Notes: a model not told the origin generated them from the sequence alone. Positions 1-11,010 are shown, numbered from the stretch's first letter. The stretch: DNA of 34,226 nucleotides from Octopus bimaculoides (GCF_001194135.2 NC_068985.1:35315844-35350069), one strand, 5' to 3'. A program made the numbers and translations.

Positions 1-249
1 ATCATAGACATGAACGATCACTGCTGCCATGCACCCACCAATGCTACAACCCCAACCAAAAAGAGAAAACAGTATTCACACATACATGCATTTAAGTTTT
101 GGATTACTCTTTAATTTTATTAACAATGAAAAAGTAGTATCTATAATTAAATATGTCATAGAAAAGAGGAAATAATTTATGTTTAACTCAAAATAATTAT
201 GTATATATATATATATATGATAACACAGAGTACAAGTGTGATTAAGGCC

Positions 250-293
250 GCTTCTAAACCACATGGTCTTGGGTTCAGTCTCATAGTGTGGCA
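250..293 (+). mobile_element. Short SINE head fragment (B-box-like region)
   Basis: gcttctaaaccacatggtcttgggttcagtctcatagtgtggca contains a GGTTCAGTC B-box-like motif and resembles a cephalopod SINE head recalled from memory; very short. Confidence 0.35.
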
Positions 294-890
294 GATAAGC
301 TAGATAGATAAATACTATGATAAAGATGCCAGGTAAATGGTGGAAGTCATAGAAGAATGTGATTTCACAGCTGCAGTAAGTCGATGCATCTACAAAGTGG
401 GAACATGAACAAACCTAACATTTAATGAAAAGATTTCTAGACTACACATGTAGGAGGCAAGAGATTTGCAAGCTGGAACAACAACAACCTGACTAGGAGA
501 GCAGTAACTCTGAATTAAAAAAGTGTTACAGTGTAGAAGAAACCAGAAAGACTAGCTTTCTAGTGTCACTGATGTGATAGTATATACTATGATACAAAGT
601 AGTTAGTGATGCGAAAGGCTTGAACCCCTCAAAAACCATACCAAAATTATGTTAGTCATAAATACTATGTAAAATCCTAACCATTACATATACGAAAGTG
701 TTAGAGCACTTAGCCCCAGTCACTCTTGAACTTTCTTATCCAGATTTGTAGATAACTCATGCTGACTTCTCATACAAAAGAAAACATGTATCTTGTTCAA
801 CTGTATAAATACATACAGACTTTGAAACATCCTGATAATACCAGCTCTCCCTACTCTCTCTTCTTTCTTTATATAAATGTGTATGTGGTA

Positions 891-893
<3 letters not shown>

Positions 894-932
<39 letters not shown>
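894..932. repeat. (GT)n microsatellite running into the N gap 933-1419
   Basis: Direct reading of the sequence. Confidence 0.95.
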
Positions 933-1472
933 NNNNNNNNNNNNNNNNNNNNNNNNNNNNNNNNNNNNNNNNNNNNNNNNNNNNNNNNNNNNNNNNNNNN
1001 NNNNNNNNNNNNNNNNNNNNNNNNNNNNNNNNNNNNNNNNNNNNNNNNNNNNNNNNNNNNNNNNNNNNNNNNNNNNNNNNNNNNNNNNNNNNNNNNNNNN
1101 NNNNNNNNNNNNNNNNNNNNNNNNNNNNNNNNNNNNNNNNNNNNNNNNNNNNNNNNNNNNNNNNNNNNNNNNNNNNNNNNNNNNNNNNNNNNNNNNNNNN
1201 NNNNNNNNNNNNNNNNNNNNNNNNNNNNNNNNNNNNNNNNNNNNNNNNNNNNNNNNNNNNNNNNNNNNNNNNNNNNNNNNNNNNNNNNNNNNNNNNNNNN
1301 NNNNNNNNNNNNNNNNNNNNNNNNNNNNNNNNNNNNNNNNNNNNNNNNNNNNNNNNNNNNNNNNNNNNNNNNNNNNNNNNNNNNNNNNNNNNNNNNNNNN
1401 NNNNNNNNNNNNNNNNNNNATACCACTTGTATATTGACACATATACTTACATACATGTGTACATACATACAT

Positions 1473-2472
1473 GCAAAGATGAGCAGAAAACTATGCATGG
1501 ATATGTTAGTAGAAAGCTCTGAGATGATAGTAACATTGATCATCAAAGCAGTCTATCATTGACCGAGTGCCAGATTATGACCTCTCATTTTGAAGGGTAT
1601 GCATTTGCAATCCTGGAACAGGAAACATCAACAAAATACCTGATGCACAAAAGGGATAGAGATGCGGGAAAAGCAGTAAAATATGACAAACCATGCAGAC
1701 CTTGTGGAGTTGACACCAAAGACATCAACCACATCATAAGCAGTTGTTCGAAAATATTATCCCAATATTATCTTCCAATAAGACATGATGTTGTAGCTAG
1801 GACATTCTTTAATATGTAACCTGTCAGAAGGATAACCCCAAGGACAAAGAAATAAAAACCCACTGTATGGTAGAAGTCATAGCCACTCATAATAAAAAAA
1901 AAAGAGTACTGGTGGAATGTCCCAGTGAAAACCTCAATAAAATGTAAGCACAACAAACCTAATATAATGATTTGGGATAGAGAAGAGAAACTGTGTACAG
2001 TTGTGGAAATTAGCTGCCCAGCAGATTTTAACATAAAGCTGAAGATCAATGAAAAAAAGAATGCCTATGCTGAACTAATGAGAAATCTGCAGTTATTCTA
2101 TCCAGATTACAAGTTCAGGTTTATAAATGTAAGTATTGGGGTCCTGGGATAAGTAACACACTGCCTAAATACCAATCTTGAGAAATTAGGCATCTCAAAA
2201 TCAGAAAGGAAAAAGTTAATTTGAAGATGACAGATCCATCAGTGGAACTGTAAAAACCTGTAAAACTGTCTGGAAGTTTATCATTCAAATATATATGAAC
2301 ATGTCTAGATATGCTACTAAATACACAAGAATACATACATACATACAAACAAAAATAGCCTGTTGTTAATGTAGAAATTCTACTGAAGGAGCCTTGGATC
2401 TAGGTTAGAAGCCAGCTCTATCTCTACTGGCAAGAAATTTTGAAATAAAACTGAATCATGACATACATACAT
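1473..2472 (+). mobile_element. 5'-truncated R4/Dong-like non-LTR retrotransposon (CCHC knuckle, restriction-like endonuclease, 3' UTR, ACAT tail), frameshifted
   Basis: Translated pieces: KTMHGYVSRKL; HFEGYAFAILEQE; CRPCGVDTKDINHIISSC...RHDVVA (CCHC plus RH motif); KHNKPNIMIWDREEKLCTVVEISCP...EKKNAY...VSIGVLG (PD-x-D/E-type RLE). Ends in acatacatacat at 2461-2472. Confidence 0.8.
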
Positions 2473-3499
2473 ATGGAAAACAAATGCTCAATGATTATGA
2501 TGATGATAAAGAAACATCATCATCACCATCATTTAACATCTGTTTTCTATAGATGTTTCACTGTGTGTGTGTGTGTGTGACAGAAGTATGTAAGATGAGT
2601 ATACAGAGATAAATTATCCAGGTGGGTACTGTAATAGCTCCCAGGTATATTTCAGGTTATGGCTAATTGAATCAAGCGGTAATAAATATCAATGCTCATT
2701 TAGTATGAGCAATCTTGCTTTGATACTTTTGATGGGTGACTCTGGATACATTCCTCTGGATCATGAATATTATTAGGAGTGTAAATTTCAAACAATTACA
2801 AGAAATACAGAGACTGGTACATCATCAAATTTTTCCTTTAGTTTTACAGTTGGTCATACATACTTAGTTGGTTAAAATGACCAACAGGTTTCTGCTGCTC
2901 AGCGTATGTACAAATGCACATGCAACTCAGTATAATCTACTGTGCACCTTCGTTCAGGGTCTTTCAACAAGTGTAGTTTGAAGCAAACTGAGTTTATTTA
3001 TTTATTCATGGCTAGTTTATTTCCTTATTCTTCCTCGTTTAAGATACGAAGGGAAATGATGAGGGATATGTTGAAATCTGATATGGCTATAAAATTTATC
3101 TTTAGGCTGACCTCTAATTAACATCGGTTCCAGGAGGAAATTAGGAGTTTTATATATATATATTAAATTAGGTCAAAGTATATCTTAGTGTTTTAATAGG
3201 CTTTTTCTTTGTGTTACAAGAGATTGAATAGAATTAATATTAAAGTTTGTTATATTGATGGAGTTCTATCAATATATTGTTTATGAAATCCATAAGGAAG
3301 GTACACTTTAAAGTTGAGTTTTATGTTATACAGAAGTTACCGTAACTGTATATGATAGCATGACTTCTATGAAAAAAAAAAAGGGAAAATATTTTAAGCT
3401 AGTGATTAAAACGATATTTAGTTGAAAGTTGGCCAGATAAAATTACAACGTATACTTCTACCATTCGGCACCTCCCTTTTGTGTATTGGATATCATTCT

Positions 3500-3805
3500 T
3501 ACTTCCATATAAGTGGAGCATCAACAAGCATTAAGGTGAGACTGGCACATCAATTAAATTCATTTGCAGATAGAAATAAGTTGAACAACACTAGCTCCAG
3601 TACATTCGTCTTGTTGCTTAAGGATAAAATTGCTAACTTTAGTATAGAATGGGAAAAAATTAGCATGGCTATACCTTATAAAACAAGGACGAAGAGTTGT
3701 GATTTGTGCATAGAAAAATGTACTATATTTTTACATTCAAACACCTATTGCTAAATAGTAGACACGGACAGGCCTTGAGATGTTTACATCTGCATCACAA
3801 AGCCT
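3500..3805 (+). mobile_element. Penelope-like element, GIY-YIG endonuclease C-terminal remnant
   Basis: ISGASTSIKVRLAHQLNSF...LLKDKIANFSIEWEKISMAIPYKTRTKSCDLCIEK, then in another frame LLNSRHGQALRCLH. This matches the PLE pattern G-x-T..K-R...H..SF / LK..I-x-W / C-x-LC..EK / LLN-x-R...C-x-H. Confidence 0.65.
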
Positions 3806-3819
3806 CACAGCATTTTCAT

Positions 3820-4265
3820 GACGCTTTAGATACAAATAATTACAGGGGTATCAAGTTGTTAGATCAGGTAATGAAAGTCATGGAGAGGGTCATAGTCCAA
3901 CTACTCAGGGAGCGGGTCAGTTTAAATGAGATGCAGTTTGGGTTCGTGTCTGGGAAAAGCACCACTGATGCTATATTTCTGGTAAGATAGCTTCAGGAGA
4001 AATACCTAGCCAAGGATAAACCTCTGTACCTGGCTTTCGTCCCCCGATCTCTCATCTGGTGGTCAATGAGGAAACTAGGGATAGAAGAATGGTTAGTGAG
4101 AGCTGTGCGAGTCATGTAAGGTGAGGGTTGGCAATGAGTACAGTGAAGAACTCCGGGTAGAGGTAGGGGTCCACCAAGGTTCTGTCCTCAGCCCCCTTTT
4201 ATTTATCATAGTCCTCCAGGCTATAACAGAGGAATTCAAGACAGGATGCCCCTGGGAGCTCCTCA
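3820..4265 (+). mobile_element. RTE-clade LINE reverse transcriptase fragment, internally deleted
   Basis: NYRGIKLLDQVMKVMERV...QFGFVSGKSTTDAIF; VGVHQGSVLSPLLFIIVLQ...GCPWELL. Contains stops and deletions. Confidence 0.9.
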
Positions 4266-4564
4266 TTCAGCTTTTTATACAATTGTATTTTCTTGTATGT
4301 TACTGCCATTTAGATCTATGCTGAGGTTAGTTGTTTCTCTAAATTTTAGGCAAAGTTTCCTAGAATGTTAGTCAAATTCCCATATATTTATCATATTTAG
4401 GGTCTTAGAATAGAACAATTTGCTACTCATTCAAAAATAGGTATGGAAGCAGTTAGATAAGCCAAAATGCAAATTTCTTAAAAACAAAACTTACCTTTTG
4501 CTGATGAAGTGCTATTAAATTCATAAAATAATTATGAAATAAAAGATTTACAATATATTCAATC

Positions 4565-4858
4565 TTATTATTATTATTATTCAGTAGTTTTATTTTTATA
4601 ACGTGCTTTCACTTCACTACCGAGCGCAGCTCTGTGCGCCTTGGGTATGTGCTGTGGTTTGCTGTGGTGCTCTTATGTTTACTGTATTGAAAGTGTTTTG
4701 CGTAGAATGTGTGCAGTACCCAGTAGTGCAATTNNNNNNNNNNTGGTTTGCTGTGGTGCTCTTATGTTTACTGTATTGAAAGTGTTTTGCGTAGAATGTG
4801 TGCAGTACCCAGTAGTGCAATTTTCTGTATGTTATATATATTTGTAAGTCCTGGTGTT

Positions 4859-4862
<4 letters not shown>
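4565..4862 (-). mobile_element. Very short 5'-truncated R4/Dong-like LINE 3' end with (AAT)n tail
   Basis: Minus strand reads KTPGLTNIYNIQKIALLGTAHILRKTLSIQ*, then a 3' UTR and (AAT)n at 4565-4581. Includes a 79-bp assembly duplication around the 10-N gap 4734-4743. Confidence 0.85.
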
Positions 4863-4906
<44 letters not shown>

Positions 4907-5226
4907 GTATAATTGTTCAATATTTGAGAGACTGAAACAAATTTCTACTGCATCACCTGCTACACCTCTGTGTTGCTGGGGTGTGTGCAGCATTGTATGT
5001 TCTTTCTGCTGTTGGGAGTGTGCAAACTCTTCCCAGTACTGTATTAGCCTTTTTTCTCTTGAGGTGTGGTGCTGTCTTTCGTTGTGTTACTGCATATGTG
5101 TTGAGAGTGTAATGTATTATTAGATTGATAGTGCCTTGCATAGAATATGGGCTGTTCCTAGTAGGGCTATTTTTCTAACAGTGTGTAGTATTGAGGATCC
5201 CGGTATAGCTTCTACACTTTTGTTCA
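4863..5226 (-). mobile_element. Second R4/Dong-like LINE 3' end with (AAT)n tail at 4863-4906
   Basis: Minus strand reads NKSVEAIPGSSILHTVRKIALLGTAHILCKALSI*, then a ~210-bp 3' UTR unlike that of the neighbouring copy. Continues into the gap 5227-5326. Confidence 0.8.
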
Positions 5227-5586
5227 NNNNNNNNNNNNNNNNNNNNNNNNNNNNNNNNNNNNNNNNNNNNNNNNNNNNNNNNNNNNNNNNNNNNNNNNNN
5301 NNNNNNNNNNNNNNNNNNNNNNNNNNATGCACATTTAAATTCTTTCGTTAAGTAACACTAAATCTGTAATGAATAAGAAAGAGAAAAATCATTTCACCTC
5401 TAGAATAATTTCTGGGAAACCTATATATTTAATTTCACCTCCACCATATATTTTAAATTCATCTTCATCATTTTATTTCTATTCAACTCATTTTTCATCC
5501 AATCGAATTTATATAAAATATAAACTGGTATAGTGTAATTGAACTTTGACATTTATGAACAAAAATGCCAGATGTGATCCATACAA

Positions 5587-5691
5587 AATATAGATATCCC
5601 TGATGAAGGAAATAGTGATACTGGAATGGATTTTAAATCGATATCTATTCTTATCACTATGTTCCTGAAATGGCCATGGGATGTATATGTT
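5587..5691 (+). ncRNA. Minimal type I hammerhead ribozyme motif (Penelope/retrozyme style), probably decayed
   Basis: Stem I 5587-5599/5679-5691; core CTGATGA 5600-5606; 14-bp stem II 5607-5620/5652-5666 with one bulge; GAAA 5667-5670; palindromic stem III ATGGCCAT 5670-5677; position 17 is G (5678). Folded by hand. Confidence 0.7.
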
Positions 5692-6310
5692 AATTTTCAC
5701 ATTCAGATTTTAATTTGGACTCAAACTTTCCATATACTCTTGTGAGCTTTAATATTAGCATCTCTGATGCAACAAACCAATCCTGTATGTACAAATTTAT
5801 GTGATTTAAATATCGCTGAACATGTATTGCTTCAATGCAAATATTTGCCTTTTATATCAAAATATCTATTTTACATATATTTTTTATGAAGCATTGATAA
5901 CCCAGAACTTAATCTTCCATAATATATGTCAAGAAAAATGTTCGTGCACTGTGTTAAAATAATACTTTTTTTATATATTTTTGTGGTGTGTGTGTTCATT
6001 CAGTTCATTATTTTAACATAGCGCACAAACCTTTTCCTCAACCTAGTATGTATATACATACAGACAGACAAACAGACATACAGACATACAGACAGACAGA
6101 CAAGAATAAAATGGGATTAAAAAGTCCTGGCAGATATCAAGTAAGCACTCAGTATAAAGGAATAAGGTTAAATTTCCAACAATCAGATACAAGTAAATGT
6201 AAATAGAATATAAATCCCAGGTAAATCCTCATGCATGACAGGTAAATCAAACAGTCCTTTTGTAGTAAGAAGTAAAGGTGTGATCTAAAATAAAGATATG
6301 ATATTCTTCA

Positions 6311-6419
6311 TAGACTGGAGCCTGGTGTTGCCATCCGGTTTCACCAGTCTTCAGTCAAATCATCCAACCCATGCTAGCATGGAAAGCGGACGTTAAACGA
6401 TGATGATGATGATGATGAT
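6311..6419 (+). mobile_element. Solo 3'-terminal module of the RTE family (CCATGCTAGCATGG palindrome plus (GAT)n tail)
   Basis: Closely matches the reverse complement of 19743-19860. Palindrome at 6369-6382. Confidence 0.8.
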
Positions 6420-6478
6420 AAATGTAAGAGTAAGCAACTTAGGAAAGTCAGTATAAGGACGAAATTTTAAAAATCTGT

Positions 6479-6490
6479 TATCTCTCTGTG

Positions 6491-6525
<35 letters not shown>

Positions 6526-6550
6526 GTCTCTCTCTCTGTCTCTCTCTCTC
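6479..6550. repeat. (TC)n/(TCTCTG)n low-complexity repeat
   Basis: Direct reading. Confidence 0.9.
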
Positions 6551-6773
6551 ACCGTCGCTAGAAGGGGACTTAACTCATGCTTGCAAATACCCCTACTGAA
6601 ATTTTTTAGAAGTTATGGTCTAAAATTATTTTTAATACAAAATTCACGTCTTAGGAAGCAAAAAAAGAAAGAAGAATAAATGGCTGATTCCGGGCATTTT
6701 TGACCATGAGTAATCCATTGGTGCGACTCCCAGATTGCTATCTTGTAAAGTGTGGATTTCTATAGATGCAACA

Positions 6774-6781
6774 CGCACACA

Positions 6782-6821
<40 letters not shown>
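6774..6821. repeat. (CA)n microsatellite
   Basis: Direct reading. Confidence 0.95.
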
Positions 6822-6825
<4 letters not shown>

Positions 6826-6827
6826 AA

Positions 6828-7790
6828 CTCAGCTTTACAATATGTACTAATAGCACTGTCAACCTCCTTGCTCCTCTACCATGTCACCCTTGGTCTAGCT
6901 GGGACTCTGCACCAACCACAGATTTCATCTGTAGCCCTCAGTAGATTGTCTCACAAAAACTTCCAATTGTCCTCTAAGCTATATGTCTCCAACTCTTCCT
7001 CTCTTTCTTCAGAAGCTTCCATTAGTAAATCTTAAAATTTTTGTCTGTTTGCTGGGTCTTTGAGCTTCCATAGTCTTCTTTTCCAGATTGGTTTATTTTC
7101 CAGAGCTCTAATTCTGAAGTCACTAACTAGTAGCCTATCTTGAGTCATACACTCTTCACCTGGGAAAGACTTTGCATTTTTAAGCATCCGTCTATCTTGT
7201 TTCCCGGTGAAGAGGTAGTCAATCTGGCTTAGGTGTTCACCAGACTGATAAGTGATTAGGTGGCTGGCTGGTATTTTGAAGCTAGTGTTGCAGATCATGA
7301 GATCACTTGCATCACAGAACTCCAGCAGTCTTGTTCCCTCCTCATTTCTAGGTCCAAAACCATAGCCCTCATGCACTCCCTGGAATCCATGGGGTTACTG
7401 TCCAACATGTTCATTGAAGTCACCAGCTACAATAACAAAGTCTCTGTCATTTGTTGTTGAGGTGGTTCGCAAAAGGATCTCATAGAATTGGTCCTTCTAC
7501 TCATCAGTCAACCCAGACTGAGGAGCATACTCTAACTACCTCAATTACCTTATCTACCCACTTTTCAGCTATCAGCATGCCTACTCCACCCATTCTATCC
7601 TTCCTGCCAACCCAGAAGAATATGAATCTCTGTTTCTTTCCCATGTAGAATCTAGCTGAGGTTTCCCTCCATCTTACTTCTTGCACACCAAACGCATCAA
7701 TATGGCATCACTCAAACATTTCAATAATCTCCCCCACTCCTTCCTTTCATTGTGCCAACATTGATGTTAGTGGCCCTGAGATTGAATTCT
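6828..7790 (-). mobile_element. RTE-clade LINE 5' half (AP endonuclease plus linker), degenerate
   Basis: QEVRW...GGVGMLIAEKWVDKV; GYGFGPRNEEGTRLLEFC...CNTSF...SQIDY...DRLLVSDF. Homologous to 28490-29435. Confidence 0.9.
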
Positions 7791-8474
7791 TTGGAGTCAT
7801 GGTGGTAAGGTAGTTGTGGAAATTTTGTCATCACCTGCTAGCATAGACCTTTGATACATGTTTTATTCAGCGAATTACAATGAATCACAGTTTCCTCCAC
7901 CTCGTCCAACATCTAAAGCAAGAGCCAACAAATGGGTATGAGAACAGGGTGGTTAAATAGGGCATTTTAAGTATATGTCTAAATATTTATTTAACTGTAT
8001 ACGATATTCATCAAGGTACTTGTATGAGGGTATGGCGAGGTATAAGGGTGTACTCAAAATATATATTCACGTATACAGCACAGGAGTCACAAGGTGAAAT
8101 TGTTAATGTACAAATTAAAATTGTGGCGGTGGGGGAAGGTTAGTGGTCATAACTGGTGTGCAAAATAGACGTTGGGCGCAGGCCTTGTGCAAATGAAGTT
8201 TTACACACCACATAACTAGACAGACTCAGAAGAAAAGCCATAATATTTAATAATAATAATAATTATTATCATTAAAAGGCTAATACTGATCTAATATACA
8301 TGTCCATTTTAATTGTTAAATTTATCACAAGCATTTTGCAAGGGGAGCAGAAATCTGTCTGAAATTGAAATAAAATGAAATTACATGTAGCCTTGGCAAC
8401 TAGATATTGAAAGAAATGGGAGAATTCTAGATTCATTGACTATATATATATATATCAGGCACATGCCACATAGT

Positions 8475-8900
8475 ACCAAACTAACAGCAGAGCTTGAAGC
8501 TGTCCAATGTCACTACACTGGAAAGATAGTAAGAGTGCAACAGATGAGCTACAGGGAGGGGCTTAAAAAAACTACAACTTTTCTCCCTGGAGCAAATGCA
8601 TGACAAATATGTAATAATCTACATATGGAAAATTCTAGAAGGTCTAGTACCCAATTTCGGCATTAAATGTTTTACAAATACCAGAATTGGACACCATTTT
8701 ATTGTATCAAAGGCATCATCTACTCCATCTAAATTCATGATCAGGTACTATAATAGTCTAGAGTTCAAAGGCTCACAGCTCTTCAATTCTCTGTCACAAA
8801 TATTAAGAAATCTACATTATGTGGAATTAGATGTCTTCAAAAGGGAACTAGACATCCACCTCTCCACAATACTTGATGAACCACCTGCCTGACATAAGGT
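8475..8900 (+). mobile_element. CR1/L2-group LINE ORF2 C-terminal fragment
   Basis: ELEAVQ...SYREGLKKLQLFSLE...IIYIWKILEGLVPN...GSQLFNSL...FKRELDIHLSTILDEP. This matches the post-RT pattern Y-x-ERL..L-L-SLE / LFN-x-LP / FK..LD..L. Confidence 0.75.
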
Positions 8901-9130
8901 ACACACAAGGGTAGAAGAATCAAGCTCCCTCATCCACCAAATGGACCAACAGCTGAGGCAAAGGCACATACAATAGTGGTGATGTGAAACCCTGCCAGCC
9001 TGAGGAAATCAACTGAAGGATAATCATAAGTAACAGTGCAAAATCAGTGGTGCTCCAGCATGACAGCAGAGGCATAGCTGAAAAGATTAAAAGAATAAAC
9101 AATATTAAAAAGATTAAAAGAATAAACAAA

Positions 9131-9368
9131 GGCGGCGAGCTGGTAGAATCCTTAGCATGCCGAGCGAAATGCTTAGCGGTATTTTGTCTGCCGCTACGCT
9201 CTGAGTTCAAATTCCACCAAGGTCAACTTAGCCTTTCATCCTTTCGGGGTCGATTAAATAAGTACCAGTTATGCACTGGGGTCGATGTAATCGACTTAAT
9301 CCCTTTGTCTGTCCTTGTTTGTCCCCTCTATGTTTAGTCCCTTGTGGGCAATAAAAAAATAAGAATAA
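9131..9368 (+). mobile_element. Full-length tRNA-derived SINE
   Basis: A-box-like ctggtagaatcc; B box gagttcaaattcc at 9203-9215; central gcctttcatcctttcggggtcgattaaataagtaccag; A-rich tail. AAGAATAAACA on both sides (9118-9128 and 9361-9371) is a possible TSD. Confidence 0.85.
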
Positions 9369-9371
9369 ACA

Positions 9372-9925
9372 CTCCAGTGAGTGTACTGGATGTCTTTTAT
9401 GTGACACTAGCACAGGTCCATCTCACAAGTCACTGGTACAAGTGCCATTCACACATCACCAGCACTAGGCCAGAATCAGAGTTCCACTTAGCTTGATGCC
9501 TCTTCTCAAGCACAGCAATTTGCCAGAAGTCCTGGCCACTTGTCACTGCCTCCATGAGACTCAACATCCGAAGATCACATTTTCCCACCTCAACCCACAT
9601 CTTCCTGGGTCGACCTCCTTCACAGTTTCCTTCCACAATAACAGATCAGTACCTCTTTATGCAGCTGTCCTCATCCATATGCATCATACAGCAGTCCTCT
9701 CTCTCCTGCACACTGTATCTGATGCCTCTTATACCAAATTTTTCTCTTAAGACACTTACACTCTGTTGTATGTGTTTACTGGCATGCACAACCAGTGGAG
9801 CGTACCAGCTTCATTTCTTTCAAGTCTTCACATGTCCTCTGCAGTCACAGCCCATGTTTCACTGCCATGTAACATGGCTGTTCACACACAGGCATCATAC
9901 AATCTGCTTTTTACTCTGAGGGAGA
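9372..9925 (-). mobile_element. RTE-clade LINE ORF C-terminus plus short 3' UTR, lacking the terminal tail
   Basis: GGRPRKMWVEVGKCDLRMLSLMEAVTSGQDFWQIAVLEKRHQAK*; upstream region equivalent to the HGSETW motif. Confidence 0.85.
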
Positions 9926-10729
9926 GGTCCTTTATTACTATATATATCCTCTCTTCCAGAAGTAACAGGAACATGTTCTTTTCAAAACTTTGGTCTCAAT
10001 TCATCACCTCACCCTAACATTGCCTTCCTTCCTTCTTGTTCCTTATGTTCCCTTCTCTCTCCTACTTCTTTCCCTCACTTCCACATGCCATTTCTGCTTG
10101 ACTACTACACAATTTTCACTCTGTCAATAGCCACACCTTCAGATGCTGCTTTTCCTGCTCCTTTGTTTCCCTTGCATCAAATCTTCTCTTTATAAATACC
10201 ATTCTGTTATTTCTCTTCTCACCTCTGTTTGCCATTTTATTTCTTTTGTGCATCAACATCTGGCTTTTCATCATCTTAATGTATATTATTTCATCTTCTT
10301 GAATTGGATGATTTTCCTGGAAACTTTTTACCATCTGAACATTTTACCAATTTTTCTGGATTTTTTACCAATATATTTGTTTTTATCAACACTGAATTTA
10401 AATAGTTCTACCACATTTAAAAATGTTCTTCTTTCCTTAGAATGCATTCTCCAACCTCTATATCTTTTGAGTGAAAACTTGCTCACACATCAATAATACC
10501 TTCCACCTTGTACTTATCAATTTTTCCATATGTTCATACACACTCTCATTTCCTCACATACATGCTTTTACACAACCTACCTAAAAATTACACACATACA
10601 CTACTACACCTGCACGTATCTATACACATAGACATGACATTAACATGCACACACACATACACACTCACATACACACACACAAGGAGGACATTTGGGGGAC
10701 AGAGAGAATATAGATCAAGCTTTATTATC

Positions 10730-11010
10730 TGTTTTGACATGTTTTCTATGATTGGATGCCCTTCATAATGCCAACCACTTTACAGAGTGTACTGAGTGCC
10801 TTTTACCTGTCACTAGCAGCAGTGAAGTCACCAACTAACTAGAAAGACAAGACCCTTTCAACTGAGTAGGGAATAGTATTGAGAGAGGTGGTTTTGTGCT
10901 AGGTGATGAGAGGTTAGCGTATGAATGGAAGTACAGAAATAGGTGTCTTGCAGTAGAGGAGATACATTGGGTAACTCAATTGGAGAGAGTGAGAGAGAGA
11001 GAGAGATGTT
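10730..11010 (-). mobile_element. RTE-family long 3' UTR remnant
   Basis: Shares ttggatgccctt...aatgccaaccacttt...gtgtactg and cagaaataggtgtcttgcagtagaggagatac with 25385-25925 and with the reverse complement of 23780-24005. Confidence 0.65.

Noticed and set aside
1-720. Possible upstream part of the Dong-like element (GGRGL-like sequence near 450)
   Set aside because: No frame gives a convincing run of motifs, and it is separated from the element by microsatellites and a gap.
720-1562. Long ORFs of 186-498 aa in the track, here and at 12268-13786, 15973-17154 and 29668-30559
   Set aside because: They are open only because N runs translate as X; the defined parts are microsatellite translations or LINE fragments.
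4854-5123. Poly-Leu, poly-Ile, poly-Val/Thr and HT/CV-repeat ORFs resembling signal peptides or membrane proteins (also 17034-17240 and 17633-17912)
   Set aside because: Translations of (TTA)n, (TAG)n and (CA)n microsatellites.
7465-7507. Minus-strand CUGAUGA followed by a 9-bp stem and GAAC (hammerhead-like)
   Set aside because: GAAC instead of GAAA, no stem I or III, and it lies inside the RTE endonuclease coding region; coincidence.
9081-9129. 22-bp direct repeat AAAAGATTAAAAGAATAAACAA x2
   Set aside because: Most simply slippage in the A-rich tail of an upstream SINE remnant; no further units, and not CRISPR-like.
9131-9215. tRNA gene
   Set aside because: A and B boxes are present, but there is no cloverleaf and it continues into a SINE body and tail.
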